Shown: piece after piece, positions 61,139-64,000 of the stretch
Layout: each line of letters starts with the position of its first letter
Position numbering within the stretch: position 1 is the first letter of the stretch
DNA from: Octopus bimaculoides
Lineage: Eukaryota
Assembly: GCF_001194135.2 (NCBI RefSeq)
Contig: NC_068985.1
Span: forward strand, 122,191,052-122,255,051
Reading direction: 5' to 3'
Length of the DNA stretch: 64,000 bases
The notes under the pieces: model-generated
Databases searched by the model: none
Seen by the model: only the letters and a program-made list of their open reading frames with translations
What the model was told of the DNA's origin: nothing
Program-made: the position numbers and the translations under genes

Positions 61139-64000
61139 CATCATCATCATTGTCATCATTACTTAATATCTATTTTTCCTTGCCGACATGAGTTAGATGG
61201 TTCAACAAGAATTGGCAAGTCAGAAGACTGCACCAAACTCCGTTGTCTGTTTTGGCATGGTTTCTATGGCTGGATGCCATTCCTAAGCCAGCCACTATAT
61301 GGGTACTTTTTACATGCCACCAGCAGCAGTAAGATTATCAAGTAACTTGCAAGACCCCTTAACTGAGGGATATTGTGGTATTGGAGGACAGAAAAAGAGG
61401 GTCTTGCATTCAAGGGGAAACATGGCTGTTTCAGGTGGGAAGGAAGTGGAGAGAGAGGAGATGGTGAAGATGTGATTAGGTGATGAGTGGGATCAGGTGA
61501 GTTCTCAAGGTTGAGAGAAGTAGATGAAGAGGGAGATGAAATGAGTGGGCACAGGTAGAGGGAAAGGGTACTGGGAAGGTATGTTGTGGGGAAGACATTC
61601 GATGGGGGACATATTGTGTGTAGGTAGGTATGTGAGGGAGAGTAGAGGGGAATGCAGTAGGAGGTGAGCATAGATGGGAGAGGTTTGTCAGGGGGGACTG
61701 TCAAACTGTCCAACCCATGCCAGCATGGAAAACAAACATTAAATGATGATAATGATGATGATGATACACTATGTGTACATCATGGTAAATCAATGCCTTG
61801 AAAATGAAATTTGTAATTGGTGGACAAAAGCTATAGGGAAACCTGTCGTATAATGTGTGTGTGTGTGTGTGTGTGTATATAAAATAGCATTGTGGAATTC
61901 CTGACGTAGATCGAGAAGAAATGTATCCTAACCGTGGATGACACCAGGTAGTCTAAACTGTGAATGTGCTTTACTTAACACAGTAATTGACATATACTCA
62001 TTAGTTCCAAAAATTACACACATATATGTGCATATATATAAATATATATTGGTATTTCTTTATTTCATCAATTACACATGTTTCTGTGTTCAATAATCAA
62101 TGATGGCAAAATATAGATGTGATTTACAAAGAGTATTTCATCATGACCCTGTTTAATGATATGCTTGGTATGATTAAATGCTCTTTGCAAATTGCATTTA
62201 TAATTTACCATTAATTATTGAACACTGAATCATGTGTAATAGATAAAATGAAGAAATACCAAATTCACACTTCATGTTTTTCTATCTTAATACATATGCT
62301 CTTTGTATAGGGCTATACTAATCACAGGATCCAAGAGGATTCATCCTCTTGGATCATACGGCAGAGTGAGTGTAACTTGAATACTATTATGAGTTGCAAC
62401 CAATATGGTGATTTTGTTGTGCACTTAGCATATCCATTTCCACTTACACACACACACAAACACACACACACACACATACTTACACACACATATGCATTCA
62501 TACATACATATAAATATATTATATATAGACATACATACAGACAGACAGATAGATAGATAGACAGATATACATACATACATACATACATACATACACATAC
62601 ATACACAAATACATGCATACGTACAGGGCATCTGGCCATAAAACAGTCCTTCGGTATATATTTGTCTAACCCATGCTAGCATGAAAAATAGGCATAAAGC
62701 AAACAAATGAATGAGTAAACACATTTATAAATGTACACCCTTGGTATATTATTATGGAAAATAACATCATTTGCTTGCTTTTCAGTAACCAGACATATCC
62801 ATAAATGGGTAGTCAGTTCTATTGATAATGAAGGTTTATATCATAGTACTGTATAAGGGCTGTGAGCTAGCAGAATTGTTAGCATGCAGGGCAAAATACT
62901 TAGTGGCGTTTTATCTGTCTTCAAATTCTGTCCTGGTCAACTTTACCTTTCATCCCTTTTGGAGTTGATAAAATGAGTACCAGTTGACTGGGGGGTCGAT
63001 GTAATCAACTCATACCCTCCCCCAAATTTGCTTGTCTTGTGCCAAAATATAAAGTTCTGTGGGAAATTCCTAAAATTGATGCCCATCTTCTGTTCTGGCT
63101 TAAACAATTTCACCCTACTAGTTCTGCTTTACTTGACCAATTTTGAACCATATTCAATAAACAACAAAACCCATATCTAATAAACAATAAAAGAATTAGA
63201 TATTCCATGTTGTTGTTGTCATCATTGTTGCCATCACCATCACCATCATAATTGTCATTGCAGTTGCCATTACCAACAATGCTGCTGCCCTCATGGCCAT
63301 TATTTTTACACCCCCATCCCACACAAATCAATCCTGATCAAACAGGCCTACAATGAAAAGCATTCTGGCTGTGATGACCCTAATATTTTAGGGGTGTGTC
63401 AAAAAGTACACAATCCATATATTTCTATTAAATTATTTCTATTAAATTAGACTTTTATTATCAAATTTCAGGAGATTTTCATGCTTGCTTTAAGAAAATT
63501 CTGTTCCATACATTTTACTATTAAGAGGATAGCAAAGAAAAATTGAAAGTTATGGTTTAAATTTAATTATTGAAATCAAAGCTAAAATATCAATTTTAGG
63601 TGTTTGCTACAAAAACTTTTACATAGTTATTACTGTGATTTGTCTTGGAATTGCTACAGATCAATTAAAGTCCTGCTCTTCCTATAAAACTTAGAAATTC
63701 CTGACATGTTTCAAATTCATTTTGTTAAAACTTAGTTTTAAATTCCTTGCTTGATTAACATTCATTGTACCATGCTGCCTATGTAAGAATAATATTGGGT
63801 CTGTCTGACTCTTTCCAATTTCTGATACTTTCTCTCTCTCTCTCTCTACTCAAACTTTCACTGTACCATACTGCCTATGTTATGAAGATTGCACTGGAGG
63901 TACCCAGTTTCAATCCTCTCTACTAACATCCCTATCACTCTGTCTTTGGAACTCATCACAAGGTATATGTTTGAGGAATTGCATTGAATCTATTTTTGTT

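Overview
This is AT-rich eukaryotic genomic DNA, dense in microsatellites and transposons, with several N gaps. The SINE/LINE complement and the very large C2H2 gene suggest a coleoid cephalopod, probably Octopus (inference). There is one confident protein-coding gene: an uninterrupted 7.2-kb ORF (35829-43046, +) encoding a 2405-aa C2H2 zinc-finger protein with about 39 fingers. These form six homologous 5-finger cassettes that keep nearly the same recognition helices, plus one divergent cluster. The rest is mostly repeats: three tRNA-type SINE families, LINE fragments (CR1, RTE, R4/Dong, L1/Tx1), two decayed mariners, MITEs with 8-bp TSDs, and Penelope-like remnants. Two non-obvious signals stand out. 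First, a set of minimal type I hammerhead ribozyme motifs, including one in a terminally redundant ~475-bp insertion (344-nt period) with an 11-bp TSD, which resembles a retrozyme or circRNA-derived copy. Second, an 18S-3'/ITS1 pre-rRNA fragment fused to a CR1/SINE-type 3' tail, which looks like a chimeric retrocopy. All alignments and counts were made by eye.
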